A stretch of 64,000 nt of DNA from Minisyncoccia bacterium. Lineage in GTDB: Bacteria; Patescibacteriota; Minisyncoccia; Phycocordibacterales; PALSA-1337. The first letter of the stretch is position 1, and each line of letters opens with the position of its first letter. The stretch is taken from positions 312,241-376,240 of the forward strand of contig JBEKVT010000001.1 in assembly GCA_049997795.1 (NCBI GenBank), written 5' to 3'. The notes under the pieces are model-generated. The model did not search any database, was not told the DNA's origin, and saw nothing but the letters and a program-made list of their open reading frames with translations. This document shows, in pieces, positions 34,673-43,943 of this stretch. A program made the position numbers and the translations under genes.

Positions 34673-35815
34673 ATGAAAATAATCTACCTAGCCAATGCCA
34701 GGATCCCGACCGAGAAAGCGCACGGCGTGCAGATCATGAAGATGTGCGAGGCCTTCGCGGCCGAGGGCCACGCGGTCGAGCTCGTCCTGCCTCGGCGGTT
34801 CAACCAGGTCGCCGACGACCCGTTCGCCTATTACGGCGTTCCGCGCTCTTTTTCCATACGCAAGATCGGCAACGTCGACCTCGTCTCTCTGGGCAAGATC
34901 GGCTTCGCCATACAGGCGGTGACCTTTTCCATCCGCGCCCTTTTCGATGTCTGTGGCAAGAAAGAAGCGATCGTCTATTCCAGGGACGCCGTGCCGCTAT
35001 TCTTCCTGAGCTTCTTCCGGATGCCGTTCTATTGGGAAGCCCATGTGAGCCACTATAACTTCATGGTCCGGCGAGTCCTCCGGAAGGCCAAGGGCGTCAT
35101 CGCCATAAGCGGCGGCCTTCGGGACCTCTTCGTGGGGAAGGGCGCCGATCTAGGCAAGTTCCTTCTCGCTCCCGACAGCATCGACGGGAATATCCTCCTG
35201 GACCCTACGGACAAGCGCGAGCTCCGCGCCAAACTAGGCCTGCCGCAAGACCGCACGATCGTCGGCTACGTGGGCAAGTACCGGACGATGGGGAAGGAAA
35301 AGGGCGTCGGGGAGCTCATCAAAGTCTTTGGCGAGATCGCTTCTCATTTCCCCAAGGCGCACCTGCTCTTGGTCGGCATCAATCCCTCCGAGATGGCCGA
35401 AGTGAAGGATGTCCTCGCGGAGAATGCCGTCGCGCCGGAACGATTCGAAATAGTCGGCCACGTCAAACAGGAGCAGGCCATGAGATACATAAAAGCTGCG
35501 GACGTCCTCGTCATGAATTATCCGGATACGCCGCATTACGCGCTCTATATGTCTCCGCTCAAGCTGTTCGAGTACATGGCCTCAGGGAATCCGATCGTCA
35601 CGACCGATCTCCCCAGCGTGCGCGAGATCCTCGATGAGAAGAGCGCCTTCTTCGCGCCGGCGGACGATCACCGCGCCTTACGCGAAGCCATCGAGAAGGC
35701 CATCCTGCATCCTGAAGAAGGCGCTATCCTGGCAAGGCGGGCTCTTGAAGAGGTCAAGAAGTACACCTGGCAGAAGCGAGCGGCCGCGATCACGAGTTTT
35801 ATTTCCGGCCGATAA
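34673..35815 (+). CDS. Glycosyltransferase family 4
   Basis: MKIIYLANARIPTEKAHG and SPLKLFEYMASG. Confidence 0.92.
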   Translation: MKIIYLANARIPTEKAHGVQIMKMCEAFAAEGHAVELVLPRRFNQVADDPFAYYGVPRSFSIRKIGNVDLVSLGKIGFAIQAVTFSIRALFDVCGKKEAIVYSRDAVPLFFLSFFRMPFYWEAHVSHYNFMVRRVLRKAKGVIAISGGLRDLFVGKGADLGKFLLAPDSIDGNILLDPTDKRELRAKLGLPQDRTIVGYVGKYRTMGKEKGVGELIKVFGEIASHFPKAHLLLVGINPSEMAEVKDVLAENAVAPERFEIVGHVKQEQAMRYIKAADVLVMNYPDTPHYALYMSPLKLFEYMASGNPIVTTDLPSVREILDEKSAFFAPADDHRALREAIEKAILHPEEGAILARRALEEVKKYTWQKRAAAITSFISGR

Positions 35816-35834
35816 ACTGATAAGCTGATAGACC

Positions 35835-36548
35835 ATGGATAACGCAAGCCGCACGATGGTCGTGATACCTACCTATAACGAGGCGGCGAACGTAGGCCCG
35901 CTCATCGACAGGATATTCGAATTGGTGCCGGACGTAAGAGTCATGGTCGTCGACGACAATTCGCCCGACGGCACCGGTTCGATAGTCGCCGGCCTCTCGA
36001 AGCGGGATAAGCGAGTTAAGCTCTTTTCGAGGAAAGGCAAGGAAGGCCTCGGCAAGGCTTATATCGCGGCATTCGAGGCGATCTTGAAGGATCAGTCAGT
36101 CGGGTCGGTCTTGATGATGGACGCCGATTTCTCCCATGATCCTGAATATATTCCTCCGATGCTCGCGCGCGGCCTTGAAGCCAGCCTGGTCGTGGGGTCG
36201 CGATACGTCTCCCAAGGCCGCACGGAGGGCTGGGAGCTATGGCGCCGAGCCCTGTCCCGCTGGGGCAATCGATATGCCCGTCTGGTCACCGGCCTCCCAA
36301 TACGCGATTGCACGGGCGGTTTCAATCTCATAAGCCTGGATCTGTTGAGGAAGATAGACCTGAAGGCGATAGACATGTCCGGCTATGCTTTCATAATCGA
36401 GCTGAAATACTTGCTTTTCCGGGCCGGAGCCTCGGTCGCTGAAGTCCCCATCGTCTTCCGGAATCGCAGGGAAGGAGAGTCGAAGATATCCGGGCACATA
36501 GTGAGCGAAGGGGTGATCGCACCATGGAAAATGAGGCTAAAAAAGTGA
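35835..36548 (+). CDS. GT2 polyprenol-phosphate sugar synthase (DPM1/Ppm1-like)
   Basis: IPTYNE, DDNSPDGT, MDADFSH, GSRY, DCTGGF and R..GESK. Confidence 0.93.
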   Translation: MDNASRTMVVIPTYNEAANVGPLIDRIFELVPDVRVMVVDDNSPDGTGSIVAGLSKRDKRVKLFSRKGKEGLGKAYIAAFEAILKDQSVGSVLMMDADFSHDPEYIPPMLARGLEASLVVGSRYVSQGRTEGWELWRRALSRWGNRYARLVTGLPIRDCTGGFNLISLDLLRKIDLKAIDMSGYAFIIELKYLLFRAGASVAEVPIVFRNRREGESKISGHIVSEGVIAPWKMRLKK

Positions 36549-37417
36549 ATCCGGGGGCGAAACCGGCCTGTCCGATCTGTTTTCTCTTGGGCGCTGATCT
36601 CTATACGGAGAAGAACGGCCGGCTCTTGTATCGTTGCCGCGGCTGCCGGCTCATCTTCATGCACCCGGTGCCCGCCGACGTCTCGGAGATATATTCCGAA
36701 GATTACTTCGGGGGCGCGCGCAAGGGCTTCGGCTATGTCGATTACGACGCGGACAAGATCCCCATGATACCGACCTTCGAGCGATATCTCGGATTGATCG
36801 AGGATAGGCGCCCAGGAAAAGGGCGGCTGCTCGATGTAGGAGCGGCGACCGGCTTCTTCATGCAGATCGCAGAGAAGCGCGGCTGGCGGACATCTGGCGT
36901 GGAGATCTCGCCGCATGCCACGGCCGTAGGCGTCCGCAAGGGCCTCCATATCGAGACGGGGACGCTTTCCGCCCTCGATCTCCCGAAGGGATCTTTCGAC
37001 GCGATCACCATGTTCGACGTCATAGAGCATTTCACTGATCCCTTGGCGGAAGTCGCTGCTGCCGCGCGCCTTCTCAAGCCGGGCGGCCTTCTGGTCGTGA
37101 ATACGCCGGATGCCGGCAGCGTCTGGGCGCGCCTTCTCGGCCGGCGCTGGCACCTTCTGGTCCCTCCGGAGCACATCCATTATTTCACGGCGGATAATCT
37201 CGGCCGCGTATTGAGAGCCAACGGCTTCTCCGTCGATCTCCGCACGAAGATCGGCAAGCGGTTCACCCTGCCGTATGTCTTCAAGATGCTTTACAGCTGG
37301 CAAGGCTGGCCCTTATGGCGCCGCATATATGAGAGCTCGAAAGGGAGCCGGATCGGCTCGTTGTCGATGCCGATCGATCTGCGCGACAATCTCTTCATGA
37401 TCGCCGTGAAAGCATGA
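36545..37417 (+). CDS. Class I SAM-dependent methyltransferase with an N-terminal Zn-ribbon
   Basis: CPIC...CRGC, LLDVGAATG, DVIEH and PPEHIHYF; GTG start overlaps the upstream stop. Confidence 0.9.
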   Translation: MNPGAKPACPICFLLGADLYTEKNGRLLYRCRGCRLIFMHPVPADVSEIYSEDYFGGARKGFGYVDYDADKIPMIPTFERYLGLIEDRRPGKGRLLDVGAATGFFMQIAEKRGWRTSGVEISPHATAVGVRKGLHIETGTLSALDLPKGSFDAITMFDVIEHFTDPLAEVAAAARLLKPGGLLVVNTPDAGSVWARLLGRRWHLLVPPEHIHYFTADNLGRVLRANGFSVDLRTKIGKRFTLPYVFKMLYSWQGWPLWRRIYESSKGSRIGSLSMPIDLRDNLFMIAVKA

Positions 37418-39129
37418 AGGCGCTCGTCCTACAACTGAAGCTGCATTATCTGGCCATCGTCCTCGCGGTTTTGCTCGGTCTCGCGAGCTCTCTGCCGCAG
37501 ATCCTTTCGGCCCGGGCGGTGCCGGGCTTCCAGGGGATATACCACGGAGTCGTCGATGATCAGGTCTATTACGAGGCCCGCACCAAGGATGTCCTGGACG
37601 GCCACGCGTTCCTCTCCAACCCTTACATATACGAGTATAAAAGCGGCCCGCCGATGCAGGTCTGGCTGCCGGACTATCTTCGCGCCCTGCTCCCCCTGGC
37701 GTCGGGCCTCTCGATATGGCGGAGCACGTTCATATACGACTTCTTCTTCCCGGCTCTCTTGTTCATCCTATGTTACGGCATAGTCTTCCTGCTTACGAGC
37801 TCCAGGCTCACCGGCCTCTTGGCTGCCTCCGTCCTAAACGGGGGATTCTTCGTGGCCGAATTCATACGCTCGCCGAGCCCGCAGTTCAATTTCGTCTTCT
37901 GGCTGGCAACTCTGCTTTTCCTCCTGCTCTTCATGAAAGGTGGCAAGAAACGCTACGCGGTCCTTGCCGCGGTGTCCCTGGGTTTTTTGTTCAATCTGTA
38001 TCCTTATTACTGGACTTTTTACATTGTCGCGCTCACGGTATTCCTTTTCATAAAGTTCGTCATGCGGCAGAGGCAAGCCATTTGGACCTATGTTAGCGCC
38101 GCTGTCGGCGGGTTCATCATAGGCATCCCATATTTCATCTCCCTCATCCAATCGAGCCGATTGCCCTGGAATGCCGAATCGCTGGCCCGGCTCGGCCTCA
38201 TCCCGACCCATTTTCCGTCGGGATCATCCATCGTCGCGATCGGTCTCCTGACGCTTGTCTTCCTCACTATCCTGCACAGGAAAGGGCTGATCGGGACAGA
38301 TGATACGAGCCTCCTTCTCTTAGCCGGCGTCGCGGCGGCGATGATCGTTGTCAATCAGCATCTCGTCACCGGCAAGAACCTGGAATTTTCCAGCCACTAC
38401 TTCATGGAGAGCGTCTACTGGTGCGCTTTTGCCGTCTGCTACGGGTTAACACGTCTCCGCCATCTGACCCTTGTCTCGCGATACAAAAAAGCGATCGCTG
38501 CTGCGGCGATCATCGCAGTTGTCATTGTAGTAATCCGCGGCATGACGGGTTTCGTCAATGCGCAGGTGACTTACACTGCCGATGAGGTCTACGCCCAGAA
38601 TTATGCTCCGGTCTTCGCTTGGCTTAACGCCCACACCCAGAAAGACGACGTAGTGTTCGCCGATGAAGATATGAGCGACCTCATCCCGGTCTATACGGCC
38701 GACAACGTCTTCTACGCCCAATCCGCCGAGCTGTTCCTCATGCCGGACATGGAAGTCGAGACGCGCTTCATCATCGAGAATTTTTGGGACAAGATCGACG
38801 CTCCGTTCCTCGTCACGCACGAGCGGGCCGTCTGGGGCACCTATTACGTGAATATAGACGGCCACTATCGGAGCGAGAATGGCGTGCGCAAACTGCTAGG
38901 CCTGCCTCCGATCGCCTACCAGCGCATTCCCGCCCAAAAGATCAATGAGGCCCTGGCCCTATCGGCGGCTCTGCATCAAAAGAGCTTCGCGGACGATCTC
39001 AAGCCCTTCAGGGTCGATTATCTCGTCTGGGACCGCACAAAGGAGCCTGACTGGCCAGTCGCTCGATTTGATTTCTTGAAGCCGGTCTTCTCGGCGGGGA
39101 ATATAAGCGTATATAAGATTCTACGATAG
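37414..39129 (+). CDS. Multi-pass membrane protein, probable GT-C-fold glycosyltransferase
   Basis: About 11 TM segments, DD..YY motif in the first external loop, C-terminal soluble domain (WL..T..DDVV, VDYLVWD). Confidence 0.6.
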   Translation: MKALVLQLKLHYLAIVLAVLLGLASSLPQILSARAVPGFQGIYHGVVDDQVYYEARTKDVLDGHAFLSNPYIYEYKSGPPMQVWLPDYLRALLPLASGLSIWRSTFIYDFFFPALLFILCYGIVFLLTSSRLTGLLAASVLNGGFFVAEFIRSPSPQFNFVFWLATLLFLLLFMKGGKKRYAVLAAVSLGFLFNLYPYYWTFYIVALTVFLFIKFVMRQRQAIWTYVSAAVGGFIIGIPYFISLIQSSRLPWNAESLARLGLIPTHFPSGSSIVAIGLLTLVFLTILHRKGLIGTDDTSLLLLAGVAAAMIVVNQHLVTGKNLEFSSHYFMESVYWCAFAVCYGLTRLRHLTLVSRYKKAIAAAAIIAVVIVVIRGMTGFVNAQVTYTADEVYAQNYAPVFAWLNAHTQKDDVVFADEDMSDLIPVYTADNVFYAQSAELFLMPDMEVETRFIIENFWDKIDAPFLVTHERAVWGTYYVNIDGHYRSENGVRKLLGLPPIAYQRIPAQKINEALALSAALHQKSFADDLKPFRVDYLVWDRTKEPDWPVARFDFLKPVFSAGNISVYKILR

Positions 39130-39137
39130 CAAAAATA

Positions 39138-39854
39138 TCAGTTATCGACCTTAAGTGGCTTGATAGCATCTATAACCAGATACTCCACACTCTGGGTTCT
39201 CCTCTCGTAGGTTCTCCGGTACAGCTCAATGGAAATTTCGCTGAAACCCGCATGCCGCAAGTAATCTAAGGCGGTGTGAGGATTCAAAAAACAGGTAACT
39301 CCATTATTATTGAGCGGCATCTTCTTGTTGGATATGTTTTCTACAGTCAAGGCGTCGACCTTCTTGTCTCTTGATGTCGTATAAGAGCTGCTTTTGTCGG
39401 ACAGATGAAACTGGAATAATCGTCCGCCGCTCTTGAGACATCTATATATTTCCGCGTAGCTTTTCTTGTGCTCGCGGAGATTTACGTGTTGCATTGACAC
39501 AATATCGACGATACAGTCGAAAAAACCGTCTGGGAAATCCAACCTTCTCATATCTCCGAGAGAGATATGGGCTTTCACACCCCAGCTGTTCAAGGCCTTC
39601 TTTCCGATCTTGATGCCTGTTGGAGAGGTATCAATGCCGTAGGCCTCAAGGCCTTCTTTAGCGATCATCCACAGGTTGGCGCACGAGCCGGCGCCCAACT
39701 CTAATATCTTTGTCTTTTTCTTGAGAGAAGGAGGGATCCTGAAATAATTTCGGGCAAGGAATTGAATGAGTTGCTCGTTCGGATATCTCCTTTGAGAGTA
39801 GAGGCCGTCTTTTCGATACTTGAGTTCGAAACTATGCCCTTGTTTATTTTTCAT
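39138..39854 (-). CDS. Class I SAM-dependent methyltransferase
   Basis: YPNE, ILELGAGS, GID.S and FDCIVD; visibly more AT-rich than its neighbours. Confidence 0.88.
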   Translation of the reverse strand: MKNKQGHSFELKYRKDGLYSQRRYPNEQLIQFLARNYFRIPPSLKKKTKILELGAGSCANLWMIAKEGLEAYGIDTSPTGIKIGKKALNSWGVKAHISLGDMRRLDFPDGFFDCIVDIVSMQHVNLREHKKSYAEIYRCLKSGGRLFQFHLSDKSSSYTTSRDKKVDALTVENISNKKMPLNNNGVTCFLNPHTALDYLRHAGFSEISIELYRRTYERRTQSVEYLVIDAIKPLKVDN

Positions 39855-40581
39855 GATGAGGTTTATTTGTCTCTACCAATGAATATAAACGGTCGCTGAT
39901 TTTCTTCAGTTCGGAGAGGTCCAAGTCATTCTTCGGCCCGGCATCCTTTTTGCGCTCCGCGATTATGAAAGCTTGGCGATTGAGCGACCGTGACGACTGC
40001 GTGACGTACTCCGTTCTGCTCAAGAGCCAGGCCAAGAGACGGAAGGGCCGCGAACCGGCCACCGGATGCGAGCCGAGATAGCCGCGCTCGTCCATGAAGA
40101 TATTCTCGTAAAATCGGCTCACCGGATTGCGGTAATAGACGACCTTGACGGAGCTGAAATGCACCCGAGCCGCGGAAAGACAGCCGGAAAGCCCGTCGTC
40201 GATCGGGACTTCGAACAATAGCCGGCCCTTGGGCGCGGTGATGCGGCAGAGCTTGTCCACCGTCCTCACCCTGGCCGCGACGGGCAGGCAATAGAGCGTA
40301 TTGGTAGAGGCGATGACGTCTATCGAATCCGATGGCAGACCGTAGAGATTGTTGAGATCGGCGACAAGTCCCAAGGTCCGCTCGTCAGGATATCTTTTAA
40401 GGCCGGTCTCTACCCTCTGTTTGTCTATATCCAAGCCGATGTACGTCCCGGTCTTGAACATGGGGCGGTTCTTGAAGGTGGCCGAACCGGCGTCGAGCCC
40501 GACGCCCGTCTTTGTCTTCCCGAGCTCTTTCTCGAGCCTGTCGAACAGGAATGATTTCGACGGCCTGACCATGAAGTTCAT
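39844..40581 (-). CDS. Class I SAM-dependent methyltransferase
   Basis: GLDAGS, YIGLDID and IDVIAS. Confidence 0.8.
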   Translation of the reverse strand: MNFMVRPSKSFLFDRLEKELGKTKTGVGLDAGSATFKNRPMFKTGTYIGLDIDKQRVETGLKRYPDERTLGLVADLNNLYGLPSDSIDVIASTNTLYCLPVAARVRTVDKLCRITAPKGRLLFEVPIDDGLSGCLSAARVHFSSVKVVYYRNPVSRFYENIFMDERGYLGSHPVAGSRPFRLLAWLLSRTEYVTQSSRSLNRQAFIIAERKKDAGPKNDLDLSELKKISDRLYSLVETNKPHHEK

Positions 40582-41714
40582 AGCGGTTGTGTCGGTTTAC
40601 TCGCCTTGTAAGCTTCGAGCAGGATCCGGACGATCCTTTCTGCCGCGTGCCCGTCGCCGTACGGCTCGCCGGAAGGAAGCGGCTTTGCCAGGATCGACTT
40701 CACGCCGGCGAGCACGCTCTCCGGCTCGAGCCCGGCTAGGATATTCGTCCCGAGCTCGACCGTCTCCGGCCGCTCGGTATTCTCGCGCATGGTCACGCAA
40801 GGCACTCCGAGGATGCAGGCCTCTTCCTGGATGCCGCCGGAATCCGTCAAGATAAGGGCCGCCTGGGACTCGAGCTGCAAGAAGTCGAAATACCCGAGCG
40901 GGGCGACCAGCTTTATCTCCTTGGGGATGGTATGCACCCAATTCTCGATGTGCTTCCAGGTTCGGGGATGGACAGGGTATACGACCGGCATCTTCATATA
41001 GTGCGAAGCCAGGATGAGGCTCTTGAATATCTTCTTGCGGGTCTCCTTGGTGTCGACTTTCTCAGCGCGATGCGCCGTGGCTAGGATGTACTTATTCTTT
41101 TCCACACCCATCCTAGTGAAGATGTCCGAAGCCGTCCTGCCCGAGAGCGGAAGGCTGTGGTTCACGGCGTCGACCACGGTATTGCCGGTCAGATGGATCT
41201 TCCCGGCCGGGATATTCTCCGCCAAGAGATTGGCGCGGGCATGTTCCGACGGCACGAATAGATAATCGGATATGGAATCGGCGATGATGCGATTCACTTC
41301 CTCGGGCATGGAAAGGTCATTGCTGCGCAGCCCCGCTTCGATGTGGCCGATCGGGATGCCGAGCTTAGCGGCCGACAAGACGCCGGCCAGGACCGTGTAG
41401 GTGTCGCCCTGCACCAGGACCGCGTCGGGCTTTTCTTTCTTCAGGATCTCTTGGATGCCGAAAACCATCGCGCTCATCTGCTTCCGGAATTCCTGCCCGC
41501 CGCTATGCAGGTTGTACTGCGGATAGGGGATGCCGAGATCCCCGAATATCTTCTTGTCCATTTCGGGGCTGTAATGCTGGCCGGAATGCAGGATGAAATA
41601 GTCGCAGCCCTCCTTGTCGCAGGCGCGGATCAAGGGCGACATCTTGATGATCTCGGGGCGAGTGCCCAGGATGATGGCGATCTTCGGCCCTTTCTTTTTC
41701 TCTGCAGGTTTCAT
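40578..41714 (-). CDS. wecB: UDP-N-acetylglucosamine 2-epimerase (non-hydrolysing)
   Basis: GTRPEIIK, GQH, VQGDT, HIEAGLRS, PEE.NR, TDSGGIQEE, TERPE and YGDG. Confidence 0.95.
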   Translation of the reverse strand: MKPAEKKKGPKIAIILGTRPEIIKMSPLIRACDKEGCDYFILHSGQHYSPEMDKKIFGDLGIPYPQYNLHSGGQEFRKQMSAMVFGIQEILKKEKPDAVLVQGDTYTVLAGVLSAAKLGIPIGHIEAGLRSNDLSMPEEVNRIIADSISDYLFVPSEHARANLLAENIPAGKIHLTGNTVVDAVNHSLPLSGRTASDIFTRMGVEKNKYILATAHRAEKVDTKETRKKIFKSLILASHYMKMPVVYPVHPRTWKHIENWVHTIPKEIKLVAPLGYFDFLQLESQAALILTDSGGIQEEACILGVPCVTMRENTERPETVELGTNILAGLEPESVLAGVKSILAKPLPSGEPYGDGHAAERIVRILLEAYKASKPTQPL

Positions 41715-41717
41715 GGT

Positions 41718-42905
41718 CTATAGTTCTTTGAATATGCCCAAAAGCTTGGCTGTCGTATTTCTGACGTGGAACTGCTCCAGGAATGCTGTATCGATCTTTC
41801 GGGATGTCTTGCCATTAATCAAATCCTTCAAATATGCGGCAGCTTCGGCGACCTCGTCATAACCGAAAGATCTTTCGCCTAGCCGGTCCAGGAATCCCGA
41901 GACTGTGCTGCCATGCGGAGTGATGCCGACCACGGGCTTGCCGCTTCCAGCGTAGTCTATCACCTTCGAAGGCAGGAACGGGCTTGTGCCGAAATTCGCA
42001 TCGATCGTCACCAGACAGTCGGAGCTTTTCATGAGGCGCAGGCTCTCCCGGAAGGGAACAGTCGAGATCATCTCCGTTCGGTCTTTGAGGCCATACTGTT
42101 CGAGCAGCGACTCGATCTTCTCTTGGGTATAGCCGGCATAAGGATTGGCGCCGCCGACCAAGCGGATCTTCAGCTTCGAAGCGAGAGCGGCATCGTCCGA
42201 GATCGCTTTCTTCAGGATCTTGAAAAGGATCTCCGGATTGCGTTCCTTATAGAAGACGCCGATGTAGCTTATGATGAAATCGCTATCAGTTCTCCTCGCG
42301 TCGGCCGGATAATCCTTCGGGTCGTAGCAATGGGGGATGACCCGGCATTTTTCCTTATAAGCGGCCGGGTATTTCTTCATGACCATGTCCCGGAGCTGCT
42401 CGCTCACGAACACGATGCGGTCGGCCGCCTCGACGACGCCCGTTTCCTGACGCAAAACGTCGTCCGCGGCTCTCTTCGAGAACGGCTTATATCCGCTGTC
42501 GTACCAGGGATCGCTGAAATTCGCTACGAATCTGACGCCGAAGCGCTTCTTCACCCCGGCGCCTATCACGTTGCTGAATTGGGGATTTGCGAAGGAGAAG
42601 ACTAGCCCGATCTGGTGTTCCTTGATGATCGGTCCGAAAAAATCCATAAGTCGGTCGAGATATTTGCGGTCGCGCGAGCGCCGGAGTGCCGGCACCCTGT
42701 CGAAGACCCGGTTATGTTTCCTTTGGGGTATGCGGTAGCGTGGCAGATCGATGTCCCAATCCTCGCCGCCGTAGCTCACTATGACGGGCTTCACGCCCTG
42801 TCGCACCCATTCCGGGACCATCTTACCGATCAGGATGGCCTGCGGCCTGATCTCCGGCGGAGTGCGGAGGCTCAAACAAAGCACGTTAATATCTTTATTT
42901 GGCAT
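41718..42905 (-). CDS. Glycosyltransferase (GT4-like)
   Basis: FSDPW, YIGVFY..R and PSKVIDY..SGKP. Confidence 0.85.
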   Translation of the reverse strand: MPNKDINVLCLSLRTPPEIRPQAILIGKMVPEWVRQGVKPVIVSYGGEDWDIDLPRYRIPQRKHNRVFDRVPALRRSRDRKYLDRLMDFFGPIIKEHQIGLVFSFANPQFSNVIGAGVKKRFGVRFVANFSDPWYDSGYKPFSKRAADDVLRQETGVVEAADRIVFVSEQLRDMVMKKYPAAYKEKCRVIPHCYDPKDYPADARRTDSDFIISYIGVFYKERNPEILFKILKKAISDDAALASKLKIRLVGGANPYAGYTQEKIESLLEQYGLKDRTEMISTVPFRESLRLMKSSDCLVTIDANFGTSPFLPSKVIDYAGSGKPVVGITPHGSTVSGFLDRLGERSFGYDEVAEAAAYLKDLINGKTSRKIDTAFLEQFHVRNTTAKLLGIFKEL

Positions 42906-42914
42906 CAAATGTTC

Positions 42915-43463
42915 CTAGCGTTTCGGTCTGTGTGCCCTCGGAGAGAAGACGACCCCTTGCAATTCCAAGGCGCCGACGCCAAGCCGCGTGCACTTCGCGC
43001 GTACCGACTCGACCAGGCGTTCGAACTCTCTCGAATCCTTCTTGACGTCGAGGTACAAATCTTCCTTATCGAGCATGATATATCGCGCTCCGATCTTCTT
43101 GATGATGGCCTCGAGCTCTTGTACGCCTTTCCGCGTCTCGATCTTCGGGACCAGGCCTATGCGATCAGGGAGCTGGATGCGGATGGCGTGGATCGCAGCG
43201 GGATCCTCGACGTTCGAGACGGCGAAATGCTTCACATTCTTGAACTTGCGGGCGGTCTTGATGGCGTCCGAGAGCTTGGTGACCGGCCTGGGAGGCTTGG
43301 TCCGGCCTTGGGGGTAATCGAGATAGACGTCATGGGTAAGGCTTCCAAGCAGATTCAAGAGGTCTTTTTTGCTGTCGAGCCAGGCGATATTGACGCGCAC
43401 GACCACGTCCTTGGGGATCTTGATGTGGGTCGTGACGAGCAGATGATTAGAGGCGATGATCAT
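42915..43463 (-). CDS. Small pyruvate-kinase/HpcH-aldolase-fold protein
   Basis: RVNIAW, LDYPQGR, FAVSNVE, PKIETRKGV and MLDKEDL parallel the PK motifs RxNxSH, LDxxG, xSFV, KIE and ARGDL. Confidence 0.7.
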   Translation of the reverse strand: MIIASNHLLVTTHIKIPKDVVVRVNIAWLDSKKDLLNLLGSLTHDVYLDYPQGRTKPPRPVTKLSDAIKTARKFKNVKHFAVSNVEDPAAIHAIRIQLPDRIGLVPKIETRKGVQELEAIIKKIGARYIMLDKEDLYLDVKKDSREFERLVESVRAKCTRLGVGALELQGVVFSPRAHRPKR

Positions 43464-43476
43464 GTTTTGGTTTGCG

Positions 43477-43929
43477 TCACTCGCCCTTGATCTTCTTGAT
43501 GATGCCGCTCGTCGATATGCCGTCATGATAGCCCAAGACCACGATCTTGCAGTCGATCTCTTTCGCGGTCTTTGCGCCGGGGATGTTCCCGCTCTCGTTC
43601 CAGCCGGCCCCAGGGCCTTTGGCCAGGATATGGGGCTTCAGCCTGATGAGGTTCTCGTCCGGCGCCAGGTCATGTTGCGGCACGACCTCGTCGACCGACC
43701 TGCAGTGCTCGAGGACCAGTTTCCGGTGCTCAAAAGGGATGACCGGCTCGCGCTTGTAGGCAGATACCACGTCGTCAGTGAAAAGGCCGACCACCAATCT
43801 GTCTCCTAGCGCCCGGGCCTCGTTCAGGAGCTCGACGTGGCCGCTATGGAAAAGGTCGAAGGCGCCGTATGTGTAGACGATCGTTTGCCGAGCCTTCTTT
43901 TTCGCCTTTCTTGCCTTTGTTTTTTTCAT
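43477..43929 (-). CDS. Cytidylyltransferase (TagD-like, HxGH family)
   Basis: YTYGAFDLFHSGH, YKR.P and GISTS. Confidence 0.9.
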   Translation of the reverse strand: MKKTKARKAKKKARQTIVYTYGAFDLFHSGHVELLNEARALGDRLVVGLFTDDVVSAYKREPVIPFEHRKLVLEHCRSVDEVVPQHDLAPDENLIRLKPHILAKGPGAGWNESGNIPGAKTAKEIDCKIVVLGYHDGISTSGIIKKIKGE

Positions 43930-43943
43930 GATGGATATTCAGA

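Noticed and set aside
42915-43929. Phosphonate biosynthesis (PEP mutase)
   Set aside because: The EDKxxxxxNS signature is absent and there is no phosphonopyruvate decarboxylase in the window.
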